This document shows, in pieces, positions 1 through 9,634 of a DNA stretch of 64,000 nt. Location: contig JADFWU010000004.1 in the NCBI GenBank assembly GCA_015234045.1, positions 43,045 to 107,044 on the forward strand, given 5' to 3'. Made by a program: the position numbers and the translations under genes. The notes under the pieces are model-generated. The model was given only the letters and a program-made list of their open reading frames with translations. It was not told the origin of the DNA and did not search any database. How positions within the stretch are numbered: the first letter of the stretch is position 1; the number at the start of each line of letters is the position of its first letter. This stretch comes from Magnetococcales bacterium. Its GTDB lineage: Bacteria; Pseudomonadota; Magnetococcia; Magnetococcales; JADFWU01.

Positions 1-524
1 CAACGGCGGGCACGCAATCCTTGAAGGTCTGCCCGAACCAACCAGTCATAGGCTTCCAGGTAACGCCCCATTCTAAACAGAGCATACAGTCGGGTATGTG
101 CTAAAGGAATAAACTCAGGAAACTTTTGAAGGCCATTGAAAGCCAACAGATGCGCCGCCTCGTCATCGCCCAGCTCAAAGTTTACCCAGGCCAGATTGGA
201 GAGCGCGTCCAGGTGGTCAGGATGTTCATCAAGAACCGCCTTCCAGATATTACGCGCTTGCTCTTTATTACCCTCAAGGAAAAGCGCCAAGCCCAGATTA
301 AAGCCAATGGAACCATCTTCAGGACAGAGCACACGGGCGCGTTCCAAAGCATCCAGGCCATATTCCGGTCGGATATCATACAGATCAATACCCTTCAGAG
401 CCATTTCCCGAGCAACCGGACAGGCTTCCGGTCGGGATGCCGCCAACGTGGCACTCGGCATCAAACCGAGTGTCAAAGACACCAGCAACATCAAACCAAC
501 CGAAAAGAGGGTTGAACTGTGCAT
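1..524 (-). CDS. TPR-repeat secreted or lipoprotein-like protein, C-terminal end cut by the window edge
   Basis: I translated the minus-strand reading frame from ATG at 524 by hand. It is not in the ORF track because it runs off the edge. It reads MHSSTLFSVGLMLLVSLTLGLMPSATLAAS (signal-peptide-like), followed by TPR-like helices (LGLALFLEGNKEQARNIWKAVLDEHPDHLDALSNLAWVNFELGD). The plus-strand track ORFs 126..515 and 136..546 are antisense shadows. Confidence 0.6.
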   Translation of the reverse strand, partial: MHSSTLFSVGLMLLVSLTLGLMPSATLAASRPEACPVAREMALKGIDLYDIRPEYGLDALERARVLCPEDGSIGFNLGLALFLEGNKEQARNIWKAVLDEHPDHLDALSNLAWVNFELGDDEAAHLLAFNGLQKFPEFIPLAHTRLYALFRMGRYLEAYDWLVRADLQGLRARR

Positions 525-557
525 TCAAACAGGCCGCTCAGAGTAAAAAGTAACGGT

Positions 558-1622
558 TTACTTCACTGTGGGATCTAAAGAACCATCCGCATAGCGTTTG
601 GCCATTTCATCCATATGAATCGCCTTGATTGATGACGCATGACCGGCTGTTCCGAACCGTTCATAACGGATTTTACACACCTTATAGGCGGCATCTTCAG
701 CGGGGCGATTATATTTACGTGGATCAAAATCTGCCGGATTTTTTTCAAAGCTACGACGAATCGCACCAGTCATGGCCAAGCGCAGATCAGTATCCACATT
801 CACCTTACGCACACCATATTTGATGCCGCGCTCAATCTCTTCCAGAGGCACACCATAGGTCTCAGGAATCGCACCGCCATGGGCATTGATAATCGCCAAC
901 AGCTCTTGAGGTACAGAAGAGGAACCATGCATTACCAAATGGGTATCCGGGATACGCGCATTGATCTCTTTAATTCGCTCAATGGCCAGGATATCACCTG
1001 TCGGTTTGCGGGTAAATTTATATGCGCCATGGGATGTACCAATGGCAATGGCCAAAGCATCCACCTTGGTCTTTTTAACAAAGTCAGCCGCTTCATCGGG
1101 ATCGGTCAAAAGACGATCCTTGGAGAGCACACCTTCAGCACCGTGACCATCTTCTTCACCAGCCATACCGGTTTCAAGAGAACCAAGCACACCCAGTTCA
1201 CCTTCTACCGAAACACCAATCGCATGGGAAAAACTGGTCACCAACGCGGTCACATCCACATTGTACTCATAGCTGGACGGCGTTTTGCCATCTTCGCGCA
1301 GAGAACCATCCATCATCACACTGGTAAATCCGCTGCGGATGGAAGCCTGACAAACAGCCGCTGTCTGACCATGATCCTGATGCATAACAATCGGCAAATG
1401 AGGATAGGATTCAACAGCAGCCGTGATTAAATGACGTAAAAATGGCTCGCTGGCATATTTACGCGCACCTGCTGAAGCTTGAAGAATCACCGGACTATCG
1501 GTCTCATCAGCAGCCCGCATGATGGCGCGAACCTGTTCCATGTTATTGACATTAAACGCGGGAATGCCGTACCCGTTTTCGGCGGCATGATCCAGCAGTT
1601 GACGCATGGAGACTAAAGGCAT
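558..1622 (-). CDS. fba: fructose-1,6-bisphosphate aldolase, class II
   Basis: 354 aa. The N-terminus [34 protein letters not shown] and internal HQDHG, GELG and HGSSS blocks are typical of class II (Calvin-cycle subtype) FBA. RBS GAGGTGG lies just upstream. Confidence 0.95.
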   Translation of the reverse strand: MPLVSMRQLLDHAAENGYGIPAFNVNNMEQVRAIMRAADETDSPVILQASAGARKYASEPFLRHLITAAVESYPHLPIVMHQDHGQTAAVCQASIRSGFTSVMMDGSLREDGKTPSSYEYNVDVTALVTSFSHAIGVSVEGELGVLGSLETGMAGEEDGHGAEGVLSKDRLLTDPDEAADFVKKTKVDALAIAIGTSHGAYKFTRKPTGDILAIERIKEINARIPDTHLVMHGSSSVPQELLAIINAHGGAIPETYGVPLEEIERGIKYGVRKVNVDTDLRLAMTGAIRRSFEKNPADFDPRKYNRPAEDAAYKVCKIRYERFGTAGHASSIKAIHMDEMAKRYADGSLDPTVK

Positions 1623-1803
1623 GATCCACCTCTCAACGTATATAAATTATCTGTTTGTCCATAAAATAGCTTGAAATCGTTTTTCGATGTTCAGACCTAA
1701 GCCCTCAGGCAAAACACCAGCAGATGGACAACAACGTGACTCTACGAAAATTTGGACACTCTGAACACTAAGCTATTTGCCCGTTATGATACCAGAATTT
1801 CGA

Positions 1804-2772
1804 TCAAATACCACCGCCAAGCACAACACCCATGGACATGAATTTTTCGTAACGATGTTGAGCCAACTCTTCCGGCGGCATCTGTTTCAGCTCTTTTAGA
1901 TGACGAATCAGATGATCCTTCAGGATACGTCCCGTCTGTTCCTGGTCACGATGGGCACCGCCAATCGGTTCAGGAACAATGTCATCAATAATTTTCAAGT
2001 CCATGGTCTCTTCAGCGGTAATCTTTAGTGCTTCAGCAGCCAGAGAGGCTTTTGAGGCATCTTTCCAGAGGATGCTTGCACACCCTTCCGGTGAGATCAC
2101 TGAATAAACCGCATATTGCATCATCAAAACACGATTGGCGACACCGATACCCAACGCACCACCAGAACCACCCTCACCGATCACGACACTGATAACCGGC
2201 ACACGCAGTGTAATCATCTCTTTTAAATTACGTGCAATAGCTTCGGCTTGTCCGCGCTCTTCAGCGCCTTTACCAGGATACGCACCGGGTGTGTCGATGA
2301 GTGTGATAATAGGCAGGTTGAATTTATCTGCCATTTTCATCAAACGCAGCGCTTTACGATACCCTTCAGGCCGCATCATGCCGAAGTTATGCAACACCTT
2401 TTCCTTGGTGCCGCGCCCTTTCTCATGACCGATAACCATGACATCCATGTTATCCAACTTGGCCAAACCTGCCAGAACCGCTTTGTCATCGGAAAAATTC
2501 CGATCACCGTGCAACTGACGGAAGTTGGTAAACGTGTTGGTCAGATAGTTGGACGTATAGGGCCGGTCGGGATGCCGGGATAGCTGGGTTTTCTGCCAGG
2601 GTGTGAGTTTGGCAAATGTCTTTTCTGTCAGACCATTAAGCTGTTCTTCCAGCTTGGTCACCTCAGAAGAGAGATCCATATCCTCACTGTTGGAGGAGAG
2701 GTGACGCAGCTCGCCGATCTTGGATAGCAATTCGGCCATAGGCCGTTCAAAATCTAAAAAGGTCAGTGACAT
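1804..2772 (-). CDS. accA: acetyl-CoA carboxylase carboxyltransferase subunit alpha
   Basis: 322 aa. [51 protein letters not shown] and [10 protein letters not shown] are classic AccA signatures. Confidence 0.95.
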   Translation of the reverse strand: MSLTFLDFERPMAELLSKIGELRHLSSNSEDMDLSSEVTKLEEQLNGLTEKTFAKLTPWQKTQLSRHPDRPYTSNYLTNTFTNFRQLHGDRNFSDDKAVLAGLAKLDNMDVMVIGHEKGRGTKEKVLHNFGMMRPEGYRKALRLMKMADKFNLPIITLIDTPGAYPGKGAEERGQAEAIARNLKEMITLRVPVISVVIGEGGSGGALGIGVANRVLMMQYAVYSVISPEGCASILWKDASKASLAAEALKITAEETMDLKIIDDIVPEPIGGAHRDQEQTGRILKDHLIRHLKELKQMPPEELAQHRYEKFMSMGVVLGGGI

Positions 2773-2948
2773 AGGTCGCTCACAAAGATCCGTTCATAGT
2801 CCTTTACCATGAAAGTCACGATGCCCATTTCATGGTTGGAAAGTGGAGGAAGCACTCCTCCCTGTATATGTAATTCCGTGTCAAAAAACAGCGACACCAT
2901 CACTGGTTCTAACACCCTGTGGCCTGTAAGACAAGCGTCTGTCAATCG

Positions 2949-5900
2949 CTACAAGCCTGAAAAAGCCACCGCTTTCGGTCCGAACATGCCTGTCAGGTTA
3001 TCAAACAGCCGTTGCTGTGGAAATACTCTAAACGCATCCCCCAATCCAACAGTTGCCGAAAGTTTACCAACTTGTATCTCCATAATCACCCGACAGGTGC
3101 CTCCTTTATGTCGGGTAAGCACTTTATCCAGTTCATCCATGATGGCATTGCTTAATGTCACTGCATCCAATGTGATGCGAATCACTTTACATAACCGGGC
3201 TCGAAAACTGTCCAGGGAGTGAAAGCGATCTACCATCAGTTTGATATCTTCATCACCCGGTTCAACGCTGGCTTCCACAACAACCGGGTCATCCTCTTCC
3301 AAAAGCGCGCGCCCTTCCAGAAACGGTTCTGGAAAAACCACACACTCCAGCTGACCAAACCGGTCTTCAAGAGTGACAAACGCCATCCGATCACCTTTTT
3401 TAGTCCGCAATATTTTACGGGCTACGATGATTCCAGCCGTGATAATCAGATACTTTCCGTCTTTATTTTTTTTCGCCTGAATTGGACTTGTAGCATGCAG
3501 AAAACGTTTGGCCAGGCTTTCGGTGGTATCAACACCATACTCATCCAACTCTCTTTCATAGACCTGCATGGGATGACCGGTGATAAAAAAGCCCAGCGCG
3601 TCTTTTTCAGCGTTGAGTTTTTCGCTCTCGGTAAATTCTGGAGCAACTTCCAGACTCTCTTGCTCAATAGGTGCGCTCTCTTCTTCATTCAAGTCACTGA
3701 ATAGATCGAGAAAACCAAGACTTTCCTCTTTCTGCTGGCGTGCGCCCATACTCATGGCACGTGGCACAGTGGCCAACATGGCGGCACGATTATCATGCAG
3801 GGTATCCATACCACCCGCTTTGATCAGATTTTCCATCACCCGCCGGTTCAGATTGCCCGATTCGGTTCTCCGACACAGATCAAACAGAGAGCTGAACTTG
3901 CCTTTCTTCTTACGGGCATCAACGATGGCCTGAACCGCATTTTCACCCACGCTTTTTACCGCTGCCATGCCATAGCGAATGGCATCATCTTCAACGGAAA
4001 AAACCACTTCTGAAAAATTCACATCCGGTGGTCTGACCGGAATCTTCATGAATTTACATTCCCGGATAAAGCGCATCACCTTCTCGGTGTTGAGCATATC
4101 GCAGGTCAGAACCGCTGCCATGAACTCCTTGGGATAGTGGGCCTTGAGCCACGCGGTTTGATAGGAGATCAATGCATAAGCGGCGGAGTGAGATTTATTG
4201 AAACCATAACCCGCGAATTTTTCCATCAGATCGAAAATATATTCCGCTTTTTTCAGATCAATTTTCTGTTTTTTGGCACCATCCATGAAGATACCGCGCT
4301 GCTTGGCCATCTCTTCGGGCTTTTTCTTACCCATGGCACGGCGCAGCAGATCAGCACCACCCAGACTGTATTCTGCCAGCACCTGGGCGATTTTCATCAC
4401 CTGTTCCTGGTAAAGAATAACACCGTATGTTTCGTTGAGAATCGGCTCCAACTGTGGTAGCGGATACTCGACTTCCGTGCGACCATGTTTGCGGTCGATG
4501 AAATCGTCCACCATGCCGGAACCCAACGGACCCGGACGATAGAGCGCCACCAAGGCGATGATATCTTCAAATACATCCGGTGCGAGTTTTTTCAAAATCT
4601 CGCGCATGCCGGAAGATTCCAGCTGGAACACACCAAGAGTGCGACCCTCTTTGAGAAGATCAAAGGTCGGTTTATCTTCCAAATCAATCAGATTAATATC
4701 AATGGCTGACTCACCAGCCTGTTCGCGGTTGGCATTGACAATACTCAATGCCTGATCAATAACCGTCAGAGTCTTCAAACCAAGGAAGTCAAATTTGACC
4801 AAACCCGCCTGTTCAACATCACCCATGTTGAACTGAGTCACCGGCATTTCAGAACCGGGATCACGGTAAAGCGGTACGGTATCGGTCAACGGTCCGTCAG
4901 AAATAACCACACCTGCGGCATGCGTTCCGGCAGAACGTGGCATCCCTTCCAAAGCCAGCGCCAAATCCATCAGCTCTTTAATTTCCGGCTCGTCCTCAGT
5001 GAGTTTGACCAGCCGTTCTTCTTGGTCTAATGCCTTTGTCAGATTGATTCCCAACACGTTGGGAATGAGTTTGGCGATTTTATCAACCCGACCATAGGGA
5101 AACTCCAAAACACGCCCTACGTCACGCACAACCGCTTTGGCCTGCATGCGACCAAAAGTGATGATCTGCGCCACATGGCCTGCCCCGTATTTTTCCTGCA
5201 CATAGTGGATCACCTCTTCCCGGCGATCCATGCAGAAGTCCACGTCAAAGTCAGGCATGGAAACACGTTCAGGATTCAAAAAACGCTCAAACAACAGTTG
5301 ATAGCGCTTAGGATCAAGATCGGTAATATCCAACGACCACGCCACCAATGAACCCGCACCGGAACCACGGCCCGGACCTACTGGAATTTTCTGATCTTTG
5401 GCCCAACGGATAAAATCGGAAACAATCAGAAAATAGCCAGGAAAACCCATTTGCAGGATCACATCCAGCTCATATTCCAACTGTTTTTGATAATCGTCTC
5501 GGACTGCCTGGTGCTCTTCCGGCTTAAATCGCGGCAATACCAACTGTGTCAGCCGTTTTTCCAGCCCTTTTTGCGACTCTTTACGCAACCATGAGGAAAG
5601 ATCTTCACCCTCTGGCACCTGATAATCCGGCAACATGGAGTGACCCAACGGCAACTCAAAATTGCACCGCTGGGCAATCATCACCGTATTTTCCACCGCC
5701 TCAGGCAGATCAGCAAAGCGCTTGATCATCTCGTCTGGATGGTGAAAACGGCACTCATCGCTCATGTGGTGGCGATTCTCCTCATAAAGCGTATTGCCCG
5801 CTCCAACACAGTGCAGAGCGTCATAGGGACGGTGGTCTTCTTTGTCCAGAAAATGGACATCATTGGAGGCAACCAGCGGAATATCAAGCGCATGGGCTAA

Positions 5901-6494
5901 ATGTACAGTAGCCTGTATTAAGGACTCTTCATCGGGTTGGAATGTGCGTTGGAGCTCTAAAAAAAAGTTGGGCGCTTCATTCTCATCGGCAAACAATTCT
6001 TTAAGGCGCTGCGCCTCTTTTGTCGCTGCTTCTATATCGCCTTTGAGAAGACACTTGCCCACCCCCCCTTTTTCACCTGCTGAAAGCGCGATCAGTCCGG
6101 CGGTATTTTTTTTCAGCGTGGCTTGATCAATACGCGGCTTGCCGTGACTGCCTACCAAATGACCTTCAGAAAGAATCCGCATCAACGAGCGCCAACCATC
6201 GGCATTTCTGGTAAGCAGAATTAATTGATCTCTCGGCTCTTGGTCCACTCTTGCGGATTTGTCGGTATGGTCTTCAACCAAATAGATTTGAGCACCCAGA
6301 ATGGGCTTAATGCCTGCTGCGAGACACCCTTTATAGAATTTTACTGCGGCAAACAGATTTCCCTGATCAGTAATAGCCAGAGCGGGCATTTTCCACTCTT
6401 TGGCACGGCTGATTACAGCATCGGGTCGCACTGTCGATGACAAAAGGGAGTAGGCAGAATGGACATGTAGATGAACAAACCCAGCATGGCTCAT
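2949..6494 (-). CDS. dnaE: DNA polymerase III subunit alpha
   Basis: The track ORF is 1192 aa. It has a PHP domain start (FVHLHVHSAYSLL), the polymerase core (GPGRGSGAGSLVAWSLDITDLDP, PDFDVDF) and an OB-fold tail. I place the start at the internal MSHAGFVHLH Met (6494) rather than the upstream 6527 Met; either is possible. Confidence 0.96.
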   Translation of the reverse strand: MSHAGFVHLHVHSAYSLLSSTVRPDAVISRAKEWKMPALAITDQGNLFAAVKFYKGCLAAGIKPILGAQIYLVEDHTDKSARVDQEPRDQLILLTRNADGWRSLMRILSEGHLVGSHGKPRIDQATLKKNTAGLIALSAGEKGGVGKCLLKGDIEAATKEAQRLKELFADENEAPNFFLELQRTFQPDEESLIQATVHLAHALDIPLVASNDVHFLDKEDHRPYDALHCVGAGNTLYEENRHHMSDECRFHHPDEMIKRFADLPEAVENTVMIAQRCNFELPLGHSMLPDYQVPEGEDLSSWLRKESQKGLEKRLTQLVLPRFKPEEHQAVRDDYQKQLEYELDVILQMGFPGYFLIVSDFIRWAKDQKIPVGPGRGSGAGSLVAWSLDITDLDPKRYQLLFERFLNPERVSMPDFDVDFCMDRREEVIHYVQEKYGAGHVAQIITFGRMQAKAVVRDVGRVLEFPYGRVDKIAKLIPNVLGINLTKALDQEERLVKLTEDEPEIKELMDLALALEGMPRSAGTHAAGVVISDGPLTDTVPLYRDPGSEMPVTQFNMGDVEQAGLVKFDFLGLKTLTVIDQALSIVNANREQAGESAIDINLIDLEDKPTFDLLKEGRTLGVFQLESSGMREILKKLAPDVFEDIIALVALYRPGPLGSGMVDDFIDRKHGRTEVEYPLPQLEPILNETYGVILYQEQVMKIAQVLAEYSLGGADLLRRAMGKKKPEEMAKQRGIFMDGAKKQKIDLKKAEYIFDLMEKFAGYGFNKSHSAAYALISYQTAWLKAHYPKEFMAAVLTCDMLNTEKVMRFIRECKFMKIPVRPPDVNFSEVVFSVEDDAIRYGMAAVKSVGENAVQAIVDARKKKGKFSSLFDLCRRTESGNLNRRVMENLIKAGGMDTLHDNRAAMLATVPRAMSMGARQQKEESLGFLDLFSDLNEEESAPIEQESLEVAPEFTESEKLNAEKDALGFFITGHPMQVYERELDEYGVDTTESLAKRFLHATSPIQAKKNKDGKYLIITAGIIVARKILRTKKGDRMAFVTLEDRFGQLECVVFPEPFLEGRALLEEDDPVVVEASVEPGDEDIKLMVDRFHSLDSFRARLCKVIRITLDAVTLSNAIMDELDKVLTRHKGGTCRVIMEIQVGKLSATVGLGDAFRVFPQQRLFDNLTGMFGPKAVAFSGL

Positions 6495-6538
6495 TAACTG
6501 CTCCAAGGGGGAGTGCAAACAAATCAAAGGGGGGCCAC

Positions 6539-6585
6539 AAACAAATCAGGCCGGACAAGGAAACCTAGTCCGGCCTGATTTGTTT
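6539..6585 (-). terminator. perfect 18-bp inverted repeat hairpin downstream of tRNA-Leu and upstream of dnaE
   Basis: AAACAAATCAGGCCGGAC (6539-6556) pairs with GTCCGGCCTGATTTGTTT (6568-6585) around an 11-nt loop. It lies 45 nt downstream of the 3' end of the minus-strand tRNA. The U-tract is weak, so the terminator role is inferred. Confidence 0.5.
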
Positions 6586-6629
6586 ATCTTTAAGTCAGGA
6601 TGACGAGGCATCCTTCGTACTGTCACGCT

Positions 6630-6714
6630 TGGTGCGGATGGCCGGACTCGAACCGGCACGACTCTCGTCACTGCCCCCTCAAGACAGCGTGTCTACCAAT
6701 TCCACCACATCCGC
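6630..6714 (-). tRNA. tRNA-Leu (anticodon GAG), class II with long variable arm, CCA encoded
   Basis: The reverse complement reads GCGGATGTGGTGGAATTGGTAGACACGCTGTCTTGAGGGGGCAGTGACGAGAGTCGTGCCGGTTCGAGTCCGGCCATCCGCACCA. The acceptor stem GCGGATG/CATCCGC, the T-arm GGTTCGAGTCC, the anticodon stem CTGTC/GGCAG with loop TTGAGGG (GAG) and a long extra arm were all folded by eye. Confidence 0.9.
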
Positions 6715-6796
6715 GTGCGTTGCGAAAGTTACCAAACCCGTTTATACAAGGCAATGGTTTATTCGCTCCAGAGGTATAAATGTTGAGAACGTATCC

Positions 6797-7609
6797 ATGA
6801 CACAGGCTTTTGATTCCCGACCAATCGGCGTTTTTGATTCCGGTGTAGGCGGCCTAACCGTGTTGAATGCATTGGTCCAACGCTTACCGGAAGAGAACTT
6901 TATCTACCTGGGCGACACCGCCCGCGTACCCTACGGCACAAAATCAGCCCTTACCGTGGCCCGCTACGCCAGCCAAGTCACCGAAGCCCTGGTCAAAAGG
7001 GATGTCAAAAGCATCGTCGTCGCCTGCAACACTGCCTCAGCCTTGGGCATGGACACACTACAAACACAATTTAATTTACCAGTATTGGGTGTCATTGATC
7101 CAGGGTGCAAAACCGCCCTATCCTATTCAAAAAACAATAAGATCGGCATTATCGGTACACGCTCAACCATCGCCTCAAACGCCTATCCCAACCGCCTACG
7201 CCATTTCAAACCCGGCATCATGGCTATTTCCCTTGCCTGCCCGTTGTTCGTTCCCCTGGCTGAAGAGGGCTGGGTGGAACATCCTTCCACAGAAATGATC
7301 ATTGCTGAAACCCTGAAACCACTCATCGGCTCTGACATTGATACTCTGATTTTGGGCTGCACGCACTATCCTATCCTTAAATCGAAAATCCAACAATTTC
7401 TTTCAGATAAGATCCATTTAGTAGATTCCGCATTAGCTCTGGCAGATCAACTTTATGAACAACTGAACCATGCTATTCAGCCCGCAACAAAAGGCAACAA
7501 ACAACAGCTCACTTTTCTCAGCACGGATGCCGGAGAGCGGTTTCGGGAAGTAGCAGAACGATTTTTACCGGGATTGACGGTTAAACAGGTTGAGCGGATT
7601 GATTTGTAA
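6797..7609 (+). CDS. murI: glutamate racemase
   Basis: IGVFDSGVGGLTV, YLGDTARVPYG, VVACNTAS and LGCTHYP motifs are present. The track ORF begins at 6629 but that extension overlaps the tRNA, so the Met at 6797 (MTQAFDSRPIGVFDSG) is the plausible start. Confidence 0.93.
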   Translation: MTQAFDSRPIGVFDSGVGGLTVLNALVQRLPEENFIYLGDTARVPYGTKSALTVARYASQVTEALVKRDVKSIVVACNTASALGMDTLQTQFNLPVLGVIDPGCKTALSYSKNNKIGIIGTRSTIASNAYPNRLRHFKPGIMAISLACPLFVPLAEEGWVEHPSTEMIIAETLKPLIGSDIDTLILGCTHYPILKSKIQQFLSDKIHLVDSALALADQLYEQLNHAIQPATKGNKQQLTFLSTDAGERFREVAERFLPGLTVKQVERIDL

Positions 7610-7661
7610 AACTATGAAATACCATACTAGAAATATAACACCATTATATACCTAAACCGTC

Positions 7662-9410
7662 TTAAAAACGCATGCCTAGCAATGAACCAGACACATCATT
7701 ATCTGTCAATCTCAACCGTACATATTGATTAATATCAAAATTTGAACAAAACTCATCATGCGGAACCATATCGCTATTCATAGTGCAGATATACTGAAAA
7801 CCACGTTTTTCTGACTCTCTACAAGCCAATTCCAAGGCCCGCGCACGTTGACGCTCATCAACGCCATCAAACATTAGACTATCATGAATCAGAACACGGG
7901 GAGTTTTTTCATGTTCCGCCCATAAACTAGCCAACATCAAGTCATAACAGAAAATCTTCATATTCCCGATTCCGTCACTTTCTGAGCGTTCAATTTCAAC
8001 ATCAAAAAGATAACCTTTAGACTCAACATTCACTACTAAGTCACCTGGAACCTCATACAAATATTGAGAATATTCATTAAATAAGGAAATTGCTTTTTCA
8101 CGCACTGTTTTTCGTTCATCGTGATCTATGCGCCATTTTTGGTGTAATTTTTCTCTATCAATTTTCAGCTGACTTTGACCAGTCACAAAAGCACGTTGAT
8201 TTTCAATCATGGATATTACTTCATTTAACTCATTTACTGCTTTCATATGTTGCTGTTGAAGACGATTATACTCATTCAATGCACCATGAGCTTGCAGAGT
8301 TCTCATAATATTAGCACGTATTTCAGTTTTTTCTTGAATGCTTTTTTCACGTTGAGATATAGATAGTTTTATTCTTTCTATTTCATCAGCAAGAAAATCA
8401 TGTCGGTTCGCAATAATCTGAGCATGAAATTTTTTGACTTCTTCTATCTTCCTTAGTGCAATGCCAGGAAGTGCGATTCCAGCTTCTTCATAAATTCGAA
8501 CCAAAGCATCATTCTGTGGTGGAGTCTCATCTTGAAGATTTCCTTCATATAAAACTAAAAACTGCTGATCCATATTGTTCGAATTCATCAAATCATGAAC
8601 TTCTTTTGTTAGCTTGTCAGCATTATTTTGCAGTTCTTCATATTTTGGATGGACTCGAAATTGGCTAATTTCTATTTCTTCTCGCTCAATCTGACTCTCA
8701 ATCCTAACTCTTTGCGACTCTAATTCACCCAATGTTGTTTTAAAACCTTGAACAATTCCACCATCAATTGCCTTCTTCAAAACATTAATATCTTCTTCAC
8801 GCTTTTTTATTACTTCAAGTTCTCCAACATATTCCCATGCAAGCCCAAGTAAAAAAGCATTTGTAAGCATGGCATCCTGTTTCGTTTGCTTACCATACGA
8901 CTCAAAAGGCGTTAAATAGGCACCTTTTCCACGTCGAATAAAGTAAGAGATCATACTTCGAAAAGATGCCCGTTTAGACTGTCCTTTCTGTTCTATTGGG
9001 AGACCAAAAAGAAGATCTCCCAGTAACAGATTCAGTTCGCTGGCTAGATATACTAAATTACCTTTACGTGCAGTCGGTTGAATAGGCCATAATGGCGATA
9101 CATCATAGACATAAATATTTGAATAACTATCTATTCCTCGGGTGATTGTAACAGGTTTATTATCAATACTTATCTCTAAGGAAAACGTCCAATCAGCTAA
9201 ATGTTTTTTTGGCAGTACTTTCTTTTGCGCTGCATCAATATTAGCCCCAAGACAAAAATGAATTATTTGAATTAATGTAGTTTTTCCAAGACCATTACGA
9301 GAATCCTTCCCCGAAGAAACCGTTGTGCGGTCTGCAAGAACAATATTGAACCCCTCGGTAAAGGCCAATTTTCTAAAACGATGATCATTTGCATAGATCT
9401 GAGTAATCAC
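7662..9410 (-). CDS. coiled-coil ABC/SMC-like ATPase (DUF2326-type), candidate ATPase component of an ABC-three-component (ABC-3C) system
   Basis: 582 aa. The N-terminal Walker A is SRNGLGKTTLIQII. A coiled-coil insert of about 250 aa is rich in E, K, Q and L (aa 190-440). The C-terminal Walker B/D-loop-like segment is PRVLIHDSLMFDGVDERQ. The GTG start overlaps the stop of the upstream gene by 4 nt (GTGA). Confidence 0.75.
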   Translation of the reverse strand: MITQIYANDHRFRKLAFTEGFNIVLADRTTVSSGKDSRNGLGKTTLIQIIHFCLGANIDAAQKKVLPKKHLADWTFSLEISIDNKPVTITRGIDSYSNIYVYDVSPLWPIQPTARKGNLVYLASELNLLLGDLLFGLPIEQKGQSKRASFRSMISYFIRRGKGAYLTPFESYGKQTKQDAMLTNAFLLGLAWEYVGELEVIKKREEDINVLKKAIDGGIVQGFKTTLGELESQRVRIESQIEREEIEISQFRVHPKYEELQNNADKLTKEVHDLMNSNNMDQQFLVLYEGNLQDETPPQNDALVRIYEEAGIALPGIALRKIEEVKKFHAQIIANRHDFLADEIERIKLSISQREKSIQEKTEIRANIMRTLQAHGALNEYNRLQQQHMKAVNELNEVISMIENQRAFVTGQSQLKIDREKLHQKWRIDHDERKTVREKAISLFNEYSQYLYEVPGDLVVNVESKGYLFDVEIERSESDGIGNMKIFCYDLMLASLWAEHEKTPRVLIHDSLMFDGVDERQRARALELACRESEKRGFQYICTMNSDMVPHDEFCSNFDINQYVRLRLTDNDVSGSLLGMRF

Positions 9411-9634
9411 GGCCTATTCCTTCTGATCAAACCATCTACCAACTCAACGGCTCCGATAGCATAGAGAAAATCCAATACCAGAACAAAACGCCAATAGACA
9501 GTTAGCCCAGGTGCTTGACGCACACGATTCCATAGACTAGTCACAGTCTGTGGGGTGTGTAAATTATTCAACACCACAGAACCTGCTCCAATAACCGCAT
9601 GATCAAGGTCAACATGTTTTGTGGGGAGAATCAC
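9407..9634 (-). CDS. small 75-aa protein, candidate ABC-3C middle component
   Basis: It sits between the HNH gene and the ATPase gene with GTGA start/stop overlaps at both ends (9407-9410 and 9631-9634). Its size and position fit the small middle component of ABC-3C cassettes. I recognise no motif in it. Confidence 0.55.
   Translation of the reverse strand: MILPTKHVDLDHAVIGAGSVVLNNLHTPQTVTSLWNRVRQAPGLTVYWRFVLVLDFLYAIGAVELVDGLIRRNRP

Noticed and set aside
639-1430. A 263-aa plus-strand ORF inside the aldolase gene. Similar long antisense ORFs occur at 55406..56527 (in the porin gene), 44199..45005 (REC-GGDEF-EAL gene), 14460..14996 (thioredoxin gene), 24032..24616 (nupC), 28632..29129 (DUF389), 37931..38467 (pit), 56678..57316 (MCP) and 51221..51916 (kinase).
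   Set aside because: Each lies entirely antisense to, or out of frame within, a gene with unmistakable family motifs. Their translations are low-complexity or biased (rich in R, H, I, F, N) with no recognisable domains. They are shadow ORFs.
6495-6527. An upstream alternative start for dnaE (MICLHSPLEQL...).
   Set aside because: The conserved PHP-domain N-terminus begins right after the internal Met (MSHAGFVHLHVHS). The extra 11 codons are probably not translated, although this cannot be excluded from sequence alone.
6629-6796. An N-terminal extension of the murI ORF in the track (MVRMAGLEPARLSS...).
   Set aside because: This stretch is the antisense of tRNA-Leu, and LEPARL is a classic tRNA-shadow translation. 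The conserved glutamate racemase sequence starts at the Met at 6797.
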